From IMG/VR virus record IMGVR_UViG_3300024354_000012: a DNA stretch of 64,000 nucleotides. One strand, 5' to 3'. This document shows, one piece after another, positions 27,551 to 35,684 of this stretch. Position numbers and translations under genes: made by a program. Each line of letters starts with the position of its first letter. The stretch's first letter is position 1. The DNA is from an uncultured virus (IMG/VR IMGVR_UViG_3300024354_000012). Lineage: Duplodnaviria > Heunggongvirae > Uroviricota > Caudoviricetes. The notes under the pieces are model-generated. The model did not search any database. It had not been told where the DNA came from and worked only from the letters and a program-made list of their open reading frames with translations.

Positions 27551-27648
27551 TTACCATATTGAAATATACTGTAGCGGGTTCGCAAGTATGAGTCGCATTC
27601 TAAAGAGTGTCCTTGAACTGAATATAGTGTATTTCAATATGTTAATGG
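27548..27648 (+). ncRNA. long-stem-closed intergenic RNA
   Basis: about 19-bp stem 27555-73/27623-41 (two G.U), extendable by CCATTA/TAATGG. Confidence 0.55.
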
Positions 27649-27722
27649 CAGTATAGCATAGCGGCTAATGCGGCACCTTCATACGGTGTATATCGTAGGT
27701 TCGAGTCCTACTACTGCTACCA
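27647..27722 (+). tRNA. tRNA-Met(CAT), elongator
   Basis: loop TTCATAC, CCA. Confidence 0.85.
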
Positions 27723-27731
27723 TAAAAATTC

Positions 27732-27807
27732 GGGCCAGTAGCTCATCTGGGAGAGCGCCTCGTTTGCACCGAGGAGGTAGCGGGTTCAAGTCCTGTCTGG
27801 TCCACCA
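27732..27807 (+). tRNA. tRNA-Ala(TGC)
   Basis: loop TTTGCAC, G3.U70, CCA. Confidence 0.92.
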
Positions 27808-27813
27808 TGTTAT

Positions 27814-27888
27814 GGCTCGTTCATATAGTGGCTATTATGCCTGCCTGTCTAGCAGGACATAGGGGTTCGATTCCCCTACGAGTCGCCA
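27814..27888 (+). tRNA. tRNA-Asp(GTC)
   Basis: loop CTGTCTA, CCA. Confidence 0.9.
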
Positions 27889-27895
27889 ACTCTAT

Positions 27896-27971
27896 TCCGG
27901 AGTAGCACAGAGGTAGTTGCAGCGGACTGTTAATCCGCGTGTCGTTGGTTCGATCCCAACCTCCGGAGCCA
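27896..27971 (+). tRNA. tRNA-Asn(GTT)
   Basis: loop CTGTTAA, CCA. Confidence 0.92.
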
Positions 27972-27974
27972 AGT

Positions 27975-28189
27975 TTTGAGAGTGTCAGCAAGAGAAAGAC
28001 ACGCTGGTTAGGTTTCTTCGAAGGACCGACCCAGTAGAAGGTGGCGGGTTCGATGCCCGGCGGATCGGAAGATCCGTGTACAAGGTGGCGTACTATCTGG
28101 TCCGGTATCCCGAGTGACGTACCGAGTCCCGCTAGCTAATCCGGAGAAGGGTGAATGGTAGCAATAACGATGGTGCTACAACTCTCAAA
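27975..28189 (+). ncRNA. highly structured RNA of about 215 nt, unknown
   Basis: TTTGAGAGT/ACTCTCAAA closure; T-loop-like CGGGTTCGATGCCCG; several GC hairpins. Confidence 0.6.
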
Positions 28190-28197
28190 TTCATTAT

Positions 28198-28272
28198 TGG
28201 GGAATCGTCTAATCGGTAGGACACCTGACTTTGACTCAGGCAGTATTGGTTCGAGTCCAGTTTCCCCAGCCA
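28198..28272 (+). tRNA. tRNA-Gln(TTG)
   Basis: loop CTTTGAC, U1-A72, CCA. Confidence 0.9.
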
Positions 28273-28273
28273 C

Positions 28274-28348
28274 ACCGGAGTAGCTCAGAGGTAGAGCAGC
28301 GGCCCGATAAGCCGTTGGTCGTTGGTTCAATTCCAACCTTCGGTACCA
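28274..28348 (+). tRNA. tRNA-Ile(GAT)
   Basis: loop CCGATAA (C33), CCA. Confidence 0.85.
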
Positions 28349-28356
28349 GAATACGG

Positions 28357-28385
28357 TTGACACAGTCAACAAAAGACTACATAAT
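28357..28385 (+). promoter_or_regulatory. sigma70-type promoter
   Basis: TTGACA-17nt-CATAAT. Confidence 0.7.
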
Positions 28386-28394
28386 ATAAACAAT

Positions 28395-28477
28395 GCCCCG
28401 ATGGTGGAATTGGTAGACACGCTGGTCTTAGAAGCCAGTACTTCGGTGTGCGAGTTCGAGTCTCGCTTGGGGCACCA
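28395..28477 (+). tRNA. tRNA-Leu(TAG)
   Basis: loop CTTAGAA, V arm, CCA. Confidence 0.92.
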
Positions 28478-28620
28478 TTAGTTAGTAGCATAGCTCGTCG
28501 GCCTACGATCAAGGCTAACCTTGTCCGAAGCGGGAAGCCTATGATACTAGTAACTGGTCTGTGTAACAGATCAACAATAGGTAGCAAGAGGATAGTAAAC
28601 TATGCTACTAACTAATGGTG
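28473..28620 (+). ncRNA. RNA closed by perfect 21-bp inverted repeat
   Basis: CACCATTAGTTAGTAGCATAG (28473-93) / CTATGCTACTAACTAATGGTG (28600-20). Confidence 0.6.
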
Positions 28621-28628
28621 AAAGTTTA

Positions 28629-28703
28629 GGGTGATTAGCTCAGTGGTAGAGCGCCTCGTTTACACCGAGGATGTCGGGAGTTCGACCCTCTCATCACCCA
28701 CCA
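28629..28703 (+). tRNA. tRNA-Val(TAC)
   Basis: loop TTTACAC, CCA. Confidence 0.92.
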
Positions 28704-28708
28704 ATTAT

Positions 28709-28798
28709 GGAAGTGTGGTCGAGTCTGGTTTATGGCAACGGTCTTGAAAACCGTCGAACCGAAAGGTTCCGTGAGTTCGAATCTCACCGCTTCCGCCA
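28709..28798 (+). tRNA. tRNA-Ser(TGA)
   Basis: loop CTTGAAA, long V arm, CCA. Confidence 0.92.
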
Positions 28799-28812
28799 TA
28801 TTAAATAGTATC

Positions 28813-29601
28813 ATGAAAGCTATAAAGATACTGATCTGCGGACTGCCAGGAGCAGGTAAAACAACACTGGCTAAAGCATTACAATCTAGATTAGGTGATA
28901 CCGAACACCTAGAAGCAGATGCTGTTAGAAAACGGTTTGATGATTGGGACTTCAGTGAAGAAGGACGAATCAGGCAAAGCTTCAGGATGAAACTGCTGTC
29001 AGATGAAAGCGAAGCACGTTACGTGATCGCCGACTTCATAGCACCTCTAGAAGCTACTAGAAAAAACTATTCAGCAGATTGGACCATTTGGGTTGACACT
29101 ATCCGCGAAGGCAGATATGAAGATACCAACAAGATGTTCCAAGAACCAGACATATATGATTTCCGTATCACTGAACAAGATGCTGAAAAATGGGCAGCGT
29201 TTATCTCTGATCATATATTGGCCGATCGCAGACGTCCTGTATGGAATAATCGCAAAGAAACTGTACAGATGTTAGGTCGTTGGCAACCATGGCATGATGG
29301 GCATCGTGCTCTATTCGAAAGAGCGTTGGCCAAGACTGGTCAAGTCTGTATCATGGTGCGTGATTGCCAAGGTTGGAATGATAGTAATCCGTTCAACTTC
29401 TACGATGTGGCTAGATTTATCAAGAGAGATCTAGATCCTTTGTATCAAGGTCAATTCCAAATCGTGCTTGTGCCTAATATCGTGAACATCACGTATGGTA
29501 GGGATGTAGGTTACAAGATCGAACAAGAACATTTTGATCAATCTATCACTGATATCTCTGCTACAAAGATAAGAGAATCGTTGAATATCAAGAAGGATTG
29601 A
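28813..29601 (+). CDS. adenylylsulfate kinase-like domain fused to nucleotidyltransferase-like domain (start refined)
   Basis: GLPGAGKT, ADAVR, DFSEEGR; GRWQPWHDGH and ISATKIR. Confidence 0.8.
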   Translation: MKAIKILICGLPGAGKTTLAKALQSRLGDTEHLEADAVRKRFDDWDFSEEGRIRQSFRMKLLSDESEARYVIADFIAPLEATRKNYSADWTIWVDTIREGRYEDTNKMFQEPDIYDFRITEQDAEKWAAFISDHILADRRRPVWNNRKETVQMLGRWQPWHDGHRALFERALAKTGQVCIMVRDCQGWNDSNPFNFYDVARFIKRDLDPLYQGQFQIVLVPNIVNITYGRDVGYKIEQEHFDQSITDISATKIRESLNIKKD

Positions 29602-29602
29602 T

Positions 29603-30244
29603 ATGAGTAGCGTTGTTGTTACAGGTGAAAAGAACATAGCGTTCGTACACAATCCCAAAGTGGCTGGTATGAGTATCAAGAGTTGGTTGATATCTAACAG
29701 AAAGAACAGCACGTATCAAGAATTTGATCTCAAAGTAACGTTCAATGATCTAAAAAACACAGTAGACAATTTGCCATTTAGCTTTAGCATAGTTAGAAAC
29801 CCTTGGGACCGCATGGTCAGTGGTTACTATGAACTGCGTAGATGGTATGATAATCCAGGAAAAGCCAGCCAAGACAATTTAAATTTTGTCCGAGACTATT
29901 TTAATAGATCTCCGTTTCCATCTTTCGATCAGTTTATGAACGAATTTCCACAAGACGAAATGTGGTCTGTGTTATATCCTATGCTGTCTCCATATCCTCC
30001 TACATGGCCTAAAGGTGCCGTGACACAGAAGCAGTATGTTGACGGTGTAAATTTGATATTGCGATATGAAAATATCGAAGAAGATTTCAAACAGATACAA
30101 AAGATCTATGATTGTGATGTGCCATTGCCCATGATCAATACTTCCGAAAATAATGACTATAGATCATACTACAACGATAGGACTAAAGCCATAGTAGCTG
30201 CGTTCTTCCAAGAAGACATAGACACATTCAGATACAGTTTCTAA
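29603..30244 (+). CDS. sulfotransferase family 2 protein
   Basis: FVHNPKVAG (5'PSB), VRNPWDRMVSGY (3'PB). Confidence 0.85.
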   Translation: MSSVVVTGEKNIAFVHNPKVAGMSIKSWLISNRKNSTYQEFDLKVTFNDLKNTVDNLPFSFSIVRNPWDRMVSGYYELRRWYDNPGKASQDNLNFVRDYFNRSPFPSFDQFMNEFPQDEMWSVLYPMLSPYPPTWPKGAVTQKQYVDGVNLILRYENIEEDFKQIQKIYDCDVPLPMINTSENNDYRSYYNDRTKAIVAAFFQEDIDTFRYSF

Positions 30245-30305
30245 AATCTTATACCACGATAAGTATCATTGTTCCGCAGTGCGGTAAAAAACAAGGAGGA
30301 CTATC

Positions 30306-30725
30306 ATGAGTATCATGGACTTTATCCATAAGATAGAACAAGTCAGTGAAACTGCTGCTAGAAGACTGTCTCATCGTGCTTTACACGCGGCCGCAACTGT
30401 CTATAGTGATGCTAAAGAATTAGCCGACAAGTCGGCCAAGGACGTAGACAAAGCCAAGGCCAAACTAGAAGATGCCATGAAGAAGGCATATCAACACGCC
30501 GATGCTGCCCATTCAGCCGCAGTCGACGCATATGAAAAAGCCAATGCTGAAGCACAAAGATTGGCACAAGAAGTCGAAGACGCTGCTTTCGAAGCAGCAA
30601 ATAAACTGAATGCTCTTATCAATGCTGGGTTACAACCTATTCCCGGCAAAGAAGAGAAAAAAGAAGAACCAGAACCTTATTCTAGAGCAAATGCTGTAGA
30701 CAAAGATTCTGTTTCAGTGTTATAA
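30306..30725 (+). CDS. Ala-rich coiled-coil hypothetical protein
   Basis: AAGGAGG RBS; helical composition. Confidence 0.7.
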   Translation: MSIMDFIHKIEQVSETAARRLSHRALHAAATVYSDAKELADKSAKDVDKAKAKLEDAMKKAYQHADAAHSAAVDAYEKANAEAQRLAQEVEDAAFEAANKLNALINAGLQPIPGKEEKKEEPEPYSRANAVDKDSVSVL

Positions 30726-30734
30726 TAGAACATT

Positions 30735-30826
30735 GGTGAGGTGGATGAGAGGCTTAAATCAGCAGTTTGCTAAACTGTCGTAGGCAGAAATGTCTACCGC
30801 GGGTTCGAATCCCGCCCTCACCGCCA
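30735..30826 (+). tRNA. tRNA-Ser(GCT)
   Basis: loop TTGCTAA, long V arm, CCA. Confidence 0.92.
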
Positions 30827-30849
30827 AGTTCAAATATAAGTAAGAATAC

Positions 30850-30925
30850 GCTGCTTTAGCTCAGCCGGTAGAGCAACTGCCTTGTAAGCAGTAGGTCGTC
30901 AGTTCGAATCCGACAAGCAGCACCA
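30850..30925 (+). tRNA. tRNA-Thr(TGT)
   Basis: loop CTTGTAA, CCA. Confidence 0.92.
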
Positions 30926-30939
30926 TAATAAGGCAATAG

Positions 30940-31557
30940 ATGAAATACGCTTATATCAATCCAACTGTGATAGCTGTAGACGACCTGCCAGCAGATGTCT
31001 TTGCCTATCTCAAGAACATGGTAGATACAGCGCATCAAATGACTCAGTTCAACGATGCTGGAGATCAATCCATTAGCATTAGAGGCGGTCAACAGATACA
31101 GCTATTGCCTAACGACTTTGGTCAGGATGTCACTGTATTGAAAAGTTTCGTGGAACAACGATGCTATGATTACATGGATACACTGACTAGACAATCGGGT
31201 AAACCTGATCTAGTCAATCTTGAACCAGAACTTGTGAGTGCCTGGACTATCAGACAAACAGCTGGTAACTATCAGGCCTTACATACACATAACGCACATA
31301 TCAGCGGCAACATCTACATAGATGTTCCAGACCTAGATCCAGGAAGTCAATCTTCAGATGCCAATCTAGAATTTAGATTTCCTGTGGTCAAGGATCCCAG
31401 CAAGTTTACTTTTATAGATCAATTGAGATTTTCTCCGCGACCCATGATGATGGTCATGTTTCCTAGCTATCTTCCACATACAGTATACCCGTGGAATGGA
31501 CAAGGACACAGAACTATTTTGGCATGGGACGTGAAATTAAAGCCAAAAATGGCTTGA
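30940..31557 (+). CDS. putative 2OG-Fe(II) oxygenase
   Basis: HTH...ISGNIY...FPSYLPHTVYP...R. Confidence 0.8.
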   Translation: MKYAYINPTVIAVDDLPADVFAYLKNMVDTAHQMTQFNDAGDQSISIRGGQQIQLLPNDFGQDVTVLKSFVEQRCYDYMDTLTRQSGKPDLVNLEPELVSAWTIRQTAGNYQALHTHNAHISGNIYIDVPDLDPGSQSSDANLEFRFPVVKDPSKFTFIDQLRFSPRPMMMVMFPSYLPHTVYPWNGQGHRTILAWDVKLKPKMA

Positions 31558-31582
31558 CAGCATACACAAAATATCGTATTAT
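31554..31582 (+). promoter_or_regulatory. sigma70-type promoter
   Basis: TTGACA-17nt-TATTAT. Confidence 0.8.
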
Positions 31583-31587
31583 AGAGT

Positions 31588-31850
31588 TGTTGCGTAGGAA
31601 ACTGCGCAGCCGGCGAGGTAAAGGGTAGATGAGGATAGACAATCGTTCGGCTTCATGCCGAGCTCCAATACTGGCAAACAGTCTTGAAAACTGTCCGTGC
31701 TTGTGTGTTCCGATACCAAAATAGAATGTCTGTTGATAGTCGGAAATAAGCAGGCCTCTGTGCTATGTACATTGAGGTTTGTCAAAGGCGTTATCGTTGA
31801 TCCGCCCCTGTCAGTTGTCCGGTCTATTACTTGACCTTTTACCAACCCGT
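31588..31850 (+). ncRNA. structured leader or ncRNA of about 260 nt with tRNA-Ser anticodon stem-loop mimic
   Basis: GGTAAAGGGT/ACCTTTTACC closure; ACAGT-CTTGAAA-ACTGT hairpin. Confidence 0.6.
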
Positions 31851-31871
31851 TATTAATCAAAGGAAAAAGAA

Positions 31872-32444
31872 ATGAACATCACTCTACGCAAGGCAAACGC
31901 ACTACAAACAGCAATCAATGATGCTATCCGTAGCATCAAGGTCGAAACTTCGATCGAACTGAACGAATTCCAAGATGTAGCAGCAGAATTGAAAGCTGCC
32001 AATGACCAACTGTTTGCCAGCGATGCTCGTAGACAGAAGTTGCTGTTGGCTCTTTACAACATCCGCGGTCTAGTAGCCGCAGCCAACGCTACTAATGACA
32101 TCGATCTCAACCTAACCAAGGCTGCGTTCATCGACAAGCGCATCGGCCAGTTGGAAGAAATGGCTAACCAAAAGCCAGTGACTGATGTCGCTGTGCTCAC
32201 AGGCAAGCTGGAAAAGATCAAGAATGACAAGGGCGAACATCGTAGCCGCATTTACGGCTACAGCGATACTGTCGCTACTTCTGTGCTCAGCCAGGAACAG
32301 ATCGACAAGGTCAAGGCTGAGATCTTGAATCTCAAGAAGCAGAAGCAAAAGATCAACGATTCTATCTTGGAAGCTAACATCAAGACAGAAATTCCGTTGA
32401 GCGACGATGTCGCAGAAACATTGAAAGTAGAAAATCTACTGTAA
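31872..32444 (+). CDS. coiled-coil protein, DIP1984/DUF6847-like
   Basis: MNITLRKA...KINDSILEANIKTEI pattern; AAGGA RBS. Confidence 0.6.
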   Translation: MNITLRKANALQTAINDAIRSIKVETSIELNEFQDVAAELKAANDQLFASDARRQKLLLALYNIRGLVAAANATNDIDLNLTKAAFIDKRIGQLEEMANQKPVTDVAVLTGKLEKIKNDKGEHRSRIYGYSDTVATSVLSQEQIDKVKAEILNLKKQKQKINDSILEANIKTEIPLSDDVAETLKVENLL

Positions 32445-32450
32445 GTTTAT

Positions 32451-32525
32451 AGCAGGGTAGAGAAGCAGTAACTCACCAGGTTCATACCCTGGAGATCGGT
32501 GGTGCGATTCCACCCCCTGCAACCA
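32451..32525 (+). tRNA. tRNA-fMet-like (CAT)
   Basis: 1:72 mismatch, loop TTCATAC, CCA. Confidence 0.8.
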
Positions 32526-32529
32526 GTTT

Positions 32530-32606
32530 CGGAGTGTAGCGCAGCCTGGTAGCGCAACTGGTTTGGGACCAGTGGGTCGGGAGTTCGAATCTCTCCACTC
32601 CGACCA
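32530..32606 (+). tRNA. tRNA-Pro(TGG)
   Basis: loop TTTGGGA, C1-G72, CCA. Confidence 0.92.
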
Positions 32607-32621
32607 TTTATTGAGGTATAT

Positions 32622-32969
32622 ATGAGTGACGGCGGCAAAGGTAGTAAACCAAGACCATTTAGTGTTGATCAAAAGACATTCGATAATAACTGGGATAATA
32701 TCTTTAACAGAAAAAAGAAAACAGACGCAGAACTGTTTGATGAAGCTGTCATGAAAGATGAATACTACGATTTGGAGAATGAAATGCAGATGCCTGTAGA
32801 AGAAAACGCAGATGAAATTGGTAAATGTGGTTGTGGTCGCAGCCCCACTGGTAAGTGTATCGGTTGGCATGGACTGACCGAAGAAGACTATCGAGTCAAG
32901 CTAGCAGAATGGGAAGAAAAGAAACTAAGCGATCGCAAAGTCGCAGCCAGCTATATCAAAGAAGATTAA
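32622..32969 (+). CDS. CDGSH-type iron-sulfur domain protein
   Basis: CGCGRSPTGKCIGWH resembles CxC-x2-S-x4-C-D-G-S-H. Confidence 0.65.
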   Translation: MSDGGKGSKPRPFSVDQKTFDNNWDNIFNRKKKTDAELFDEAVMKDEYYDLENEMQMPVEENADEIGKCGCGRSPTGKCIGWHGLTEEDYRVKLAEWEEKKLSDRKVAASYIKED

Positions 32970-32976
32970 TAAAAAT

Positions 32977-33052
32977 GCGGGTGTAACTCAGTTGGTAGAG
33001 TGATAGCCTTCCAAGCTATATGTCGCGAGTTCGAACCTCGTCGCCCGCTCCA
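32977..33052 (+). tRNA. tRNA-Gly(TCC)
   Basis: loop CTTCCAA, CCA. Confidence 0.92.
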
Positions 33053-33063
33053 GGATTTTTTCT

Positions 33064-33633
33064 ATGATACCGGTCATCGATAGTAACGACATCTTTAAGA
33101 CATATGATTTCAGTTCTGTCATAACACAACAGGATGTCGATCAGGCTATTTCTAGTATCGAGCGTGTCATAGCAGATGGTAACTATTTTGAAAATAGTCC
33201 CAAGTTCCAAACCAAAGAAAACATATTCCAAAGACCAGAATCCTGTTGGTTGAAGTTTCGTATGAGCTTTATATTCAGTGTGTTCATGTATCTAGGACGT
33301 GAAGCAAAGATATCAAATATGATGGCTTGGTCATTTATGACCAATCTACACGGTGCCGAGGATCGAGATAAACTTTGGCATCATCATCACCATAAAACAA
33401 ATACTAACATGCTCAGTGGCATAATGTATCTTCATATACCCGACGATGTTACCAATCGGGATACCTGCGGAACAGAAATGGCTCCAAACGGTCTAGAATC
33501 AGATGACAGACTGTTTATTAGACCATATAATTATACTTGGTTGATATATCCAAGCAGGATATGGCACCGCCCGGGAATAGTACAGAGTAACAACTATAGA
33601 TTCGTATTAGCAGGAGATATCGAATACAGTTAA
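33064..33633 (+). CDS. putative 2OG-Fe(II) oxygenase
   Basis: WHHH...LSGIMYL...YPSRIWHRP...R. Confidence 0.7.
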   Translation: MIPVIDSNDIFKTYDFSSVITQQDVDQAISSIERVIADGNYFENSPKFQTKENIFQRPESCWLKFRMSFIFSVFMYLGREAKISNMMAWSFMTNLHGAEDRDKLWHHHHHKTNTNMLSGIMYLHIPDDVTNRDTCGTEMAPNGLESDDRLFIRPYNYTWLIYPSRIWHRPGIVQSNNYRFVLAGDIEYS

Positions 33634-33639
33634 AAACAT

Positions 33640-33717
33640 CTGCCCGTAGCTCAGCCGGATTAGAGCAACAGCCTTCTAAGCTGTGGGTCGGGGGTTCGAA
33701 TCCCTCCGGGCAGGCCA
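33640..33717 (+). tRNA. tRNA-Arg(TCT)
   Basis: loop CTTCTAA, CCA. Confidence 0.92.
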
Positions 33718-33720
33718 CTA

Positions 33721-33796
33721 CTCTCCGTAGTTCAACAGGATAGAACAAGACACTCCTAAGGTTTAGATGGCTGTTCGAGTCAGCCCGGGGAGGCCA
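33721..33796 (+). tRNA. tRNA-Arg(CCT)
   Basis: loop CTCCTAA, weak anticodon stem, CCA. Confidence 0.8.
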
Positions 33797-33799
33797 AAT

Positions 33800-33882
33800 G
33801 CGAGCGTGGAGAAATCGGTAAACTCAGGAGACTTAAAATCTCCCGCTTCGGCTTGTGGGTTCGAGTCCCACCGCTCGCACCA
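33800..33882 (+). tRNA. tRNA-Leu(TAA)
   Basis: loop CTTAAAA, V arm, CCA. Confidence 0.92.
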
Positions 33883-33885
33883 AAG

Positions 33886-33959
33886 GCTCCTATAGTTAAG
33901 TGGTATAACACATCCTTGGTAAGGATGAATTACAAGTTCAATTCTTGTTGGGAGCACCA
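33886..33959 (+). tRNA. tRNA-Thr(GGT)
   Basis: loop TTGGTAA, CCA. Confidence 0.88.
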
Positions 33960-34034
33960 TCTTTATCTGTATGTTTTTAAAGGTATTTGTCCAAAATAAG
34001 TAATAAGTTGGCCTTTAAAAACATGGAGGTTATT

Positions 34035-34538
34035 ATGAGAAACATAGCAATAGTCTGTGTTGCCCTGTTATTAGGTGGCTGTCAGACTACAACACAAGCA
34101 GCTAGACCCTACATGGAAGAAGCACATCGTATGGAGGGCATGGATGCTAAAACTAATCGTAAAGAACTCAAGCATTATATGAATTCGGCCAGAACAGGCA
34201 CCGTAGATCCTTTACATATTCCTTGGTGTGCTGGTTGGGCAAATGCCGTATTACAGAATAATGGAGTACAAGGAACTCATAGTCTAATGGCTCGCAGTTT
34301 CTTGAAATGGGGTCATCCTACACATAATCCACAAGAAGGCGACATCGTGGTTCTGCGTAGAGGTCGAGCCGAATGGAGTGGTCATGTGGGATTCTTCAAA
34401 GGATATGAAGTAGTCGATGGCGTCACTTATGTCAAGGTATTGGGAGGCAATACTGACAAGAGTGTCGCGATCGGATACTTTCCGACTAATTATGTCCTAG
34501 CATTTAGAGCACCAAATTATTCTCCCAAAATGAATTAG
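34035..34538 (+). CDS. TIGR02594/NlpC-P60-like peptidoglycan hydrolase with lipobox (start refined)
   Basis: LLGGC lipobox, PWCA, GDIVV, GHVGF, LGGN; GGAGG RBS. Confidence 0.8.
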   Translation: MRNIAIVCVALLLGGCQTTTQAARPYMEEAHRMEGMDAKTNRKELKHYMNSARTGTVDPLHIPWCAGWANAVLQNNGVQGTHSLMARSFLKWGHPTHNPQEGDIVVLRRGRAEWSGHVGFFKGYEVVDGVTYVKVLGGNTDKSVAIGYFPTNYVLAFRAPNYSPKMN

Positions 34539-34614
34539 CCCTGGTGGCGGAATCGGTATACGCACTACGTTGAGGTCGTAGGTTTTGCGGGTTCGAATCC
34601 CGCCTAGGGCACCA
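34538..34614 (+). tRNA. tRNA-Leu(GAG), short variable arm
   Basis: loop TTGAGGT, Leu-type D arm, CCA. Confidence 0.82.
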
Positions 34615-34615
34615 C

Positions 34616-34644
34616 TTGACTTTTCGATCGTTTTTGTGTATAAT
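34616..34644 (+). promoter_or_regulatory. sigma70-type promoter
   Basis: TTGACT-17nt-TATAAT. Confidence 0.85.
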
Positions 34645-34673
34645 AAACACATGTTCAATTCTTAAGGACTTTT

Positions 34674-34934
34674 ATGAATCGCGATGAGCATTTTGAGTAT
34701 AACAATGAAGAAGAAGCTGAGATCGCACAGATCAACAGCTTAGTGATGAATATGAACGCAGAGAGAGCACTGCGTGACAAATTGGAAAAGCAACGTTCGC
34801 AACCTTCCGCTGAGTTCTGCGAAGGCTGTGGCGATGAAATTCCAGAACCGCGTAGATTGGCTATACCTGGTGTCACACACTGCGTATACTGCCAAGATCG
34901 AAATGAACGACTGAGCAAACTAACTGCTAAATGA
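34674..34934 (+). CDS. TraR/DksA C4-type zinc finger protein
   Basis: CEGCGDEIPEPRRLAIPGVTHCVYCQ. Confidence 0.9.
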   Translation: MNRDEHFEYNNEEEAEIAQINSLVMNMNAERALRDKLEKQRSQPSAEFCEGCGDEIPEPRRLAIPGVTHCVYCQDRNERLSKLTAK

Positions 34935-35395
34935 AAGGGGCCGTCATGGCTAGAGAACGTGCGAAATTGAGCGAAAAGGAAGAACGAATCCTGATCCAAA
35001 GTCAGTTGATGGGTCTTACTACTGCTAACATGATCCGTATCGGTAATCGCCTGCGAGCCATTGATATCGAACGCGAGCAAAAAGAACTGATCAATCGTCT
35101 GATGGAAGGACGTTCTTATAGCAAGCAGACCAATGGTTGGAAAATCGTTGATCAAGATGGTGTGAACTATGAGTTCAACAAGATCAAACTCAAGCGCAAG
35201 ACCAACTATTACGAATCAGCATGGGCTTGGGAAGTCACTATCACTAAGCCAGGTACTAGATTCGTGCCCAAGAAATTGGAGAAAGTTTCTCGCTACAACG
35301 GCAATTACGATGATCCTCCTCAGCGTCTCTGCCCTGACAACAGCAAGGAACTATTTGGAGTATTGAAAGTTTTAAACAACGTAAGGATCTCATGA
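34931..35395 (+). CDS. hypothetical protein
   Basis: coupled ORF. Confidence 0.65.
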   Translation: MKGAVMARERAKLSEKEERILIQSQLMGLTTANMIRIGNRLRAIDIEREQKELINRLMEGRSYSKQTNGWKIVDQDGVNYEFNKIKLKRKTNYYESAWAWEVTITKPGTRFVPKKLEKVSRYNGNYDDPPQRLCPDNSKELFGVLKVLNNVRIS

Positions 35396-35604
35396 TGAAA
35401 GTCTTAGACGTTAGGTGGTTTAGTGGTGGTCATGTGGTAGGCATCGTTCGAGTCGATGTTCCATATGAAGGTATCAAATATTACATAGGTTCAGGAAACG
35501 GTGACGACGAAGCTGTGGATATCGAATACATCTCTGCGTATGGCGCTACATTTCCTAGCGATGTAGGAGATATTTTATTTGGAATAAAAAATGAACAAGA
35601 ATAA
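35392..35604 (+). CDS. hypothetical protein
   Basis: coupled ORF, AAGGA RBS. Confidence 0.65.
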   Translation: MMKVLDVRWFSGGHVVGIVRVDVPYEGIKYYIGSGNGDDEAVDIEYISAYGATFPSDVGDILFGIKNEQE

Positions 35605-35684
35605 ACTGTATTGTGTGACTTGTTTTGGACCCTTCGCTCGTTTCCGGCAGAACGGTGTGTGGCACGTGAATCATAGGTGCTGAA

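Noticed and set aside
27975..28189. tmRNA or RNase P assignment
   Set aside because: No alanyl acceptor end with CCA, tag ORF or GAGGAAAGUCC-type P4 motif.
27164..28587. ORF-track ORFs overlapping tRNA genes (also 24822, 25432, 30856, 32436, 33016, 33518, 33763)
   Set aside because: They are translations of tRNA sequences.
31629..31724. 31-codon Cys-rich ORF inside the structured leader
   Set aside because: Weak RBS buried in long-range pairing; better explained as RNA structure.
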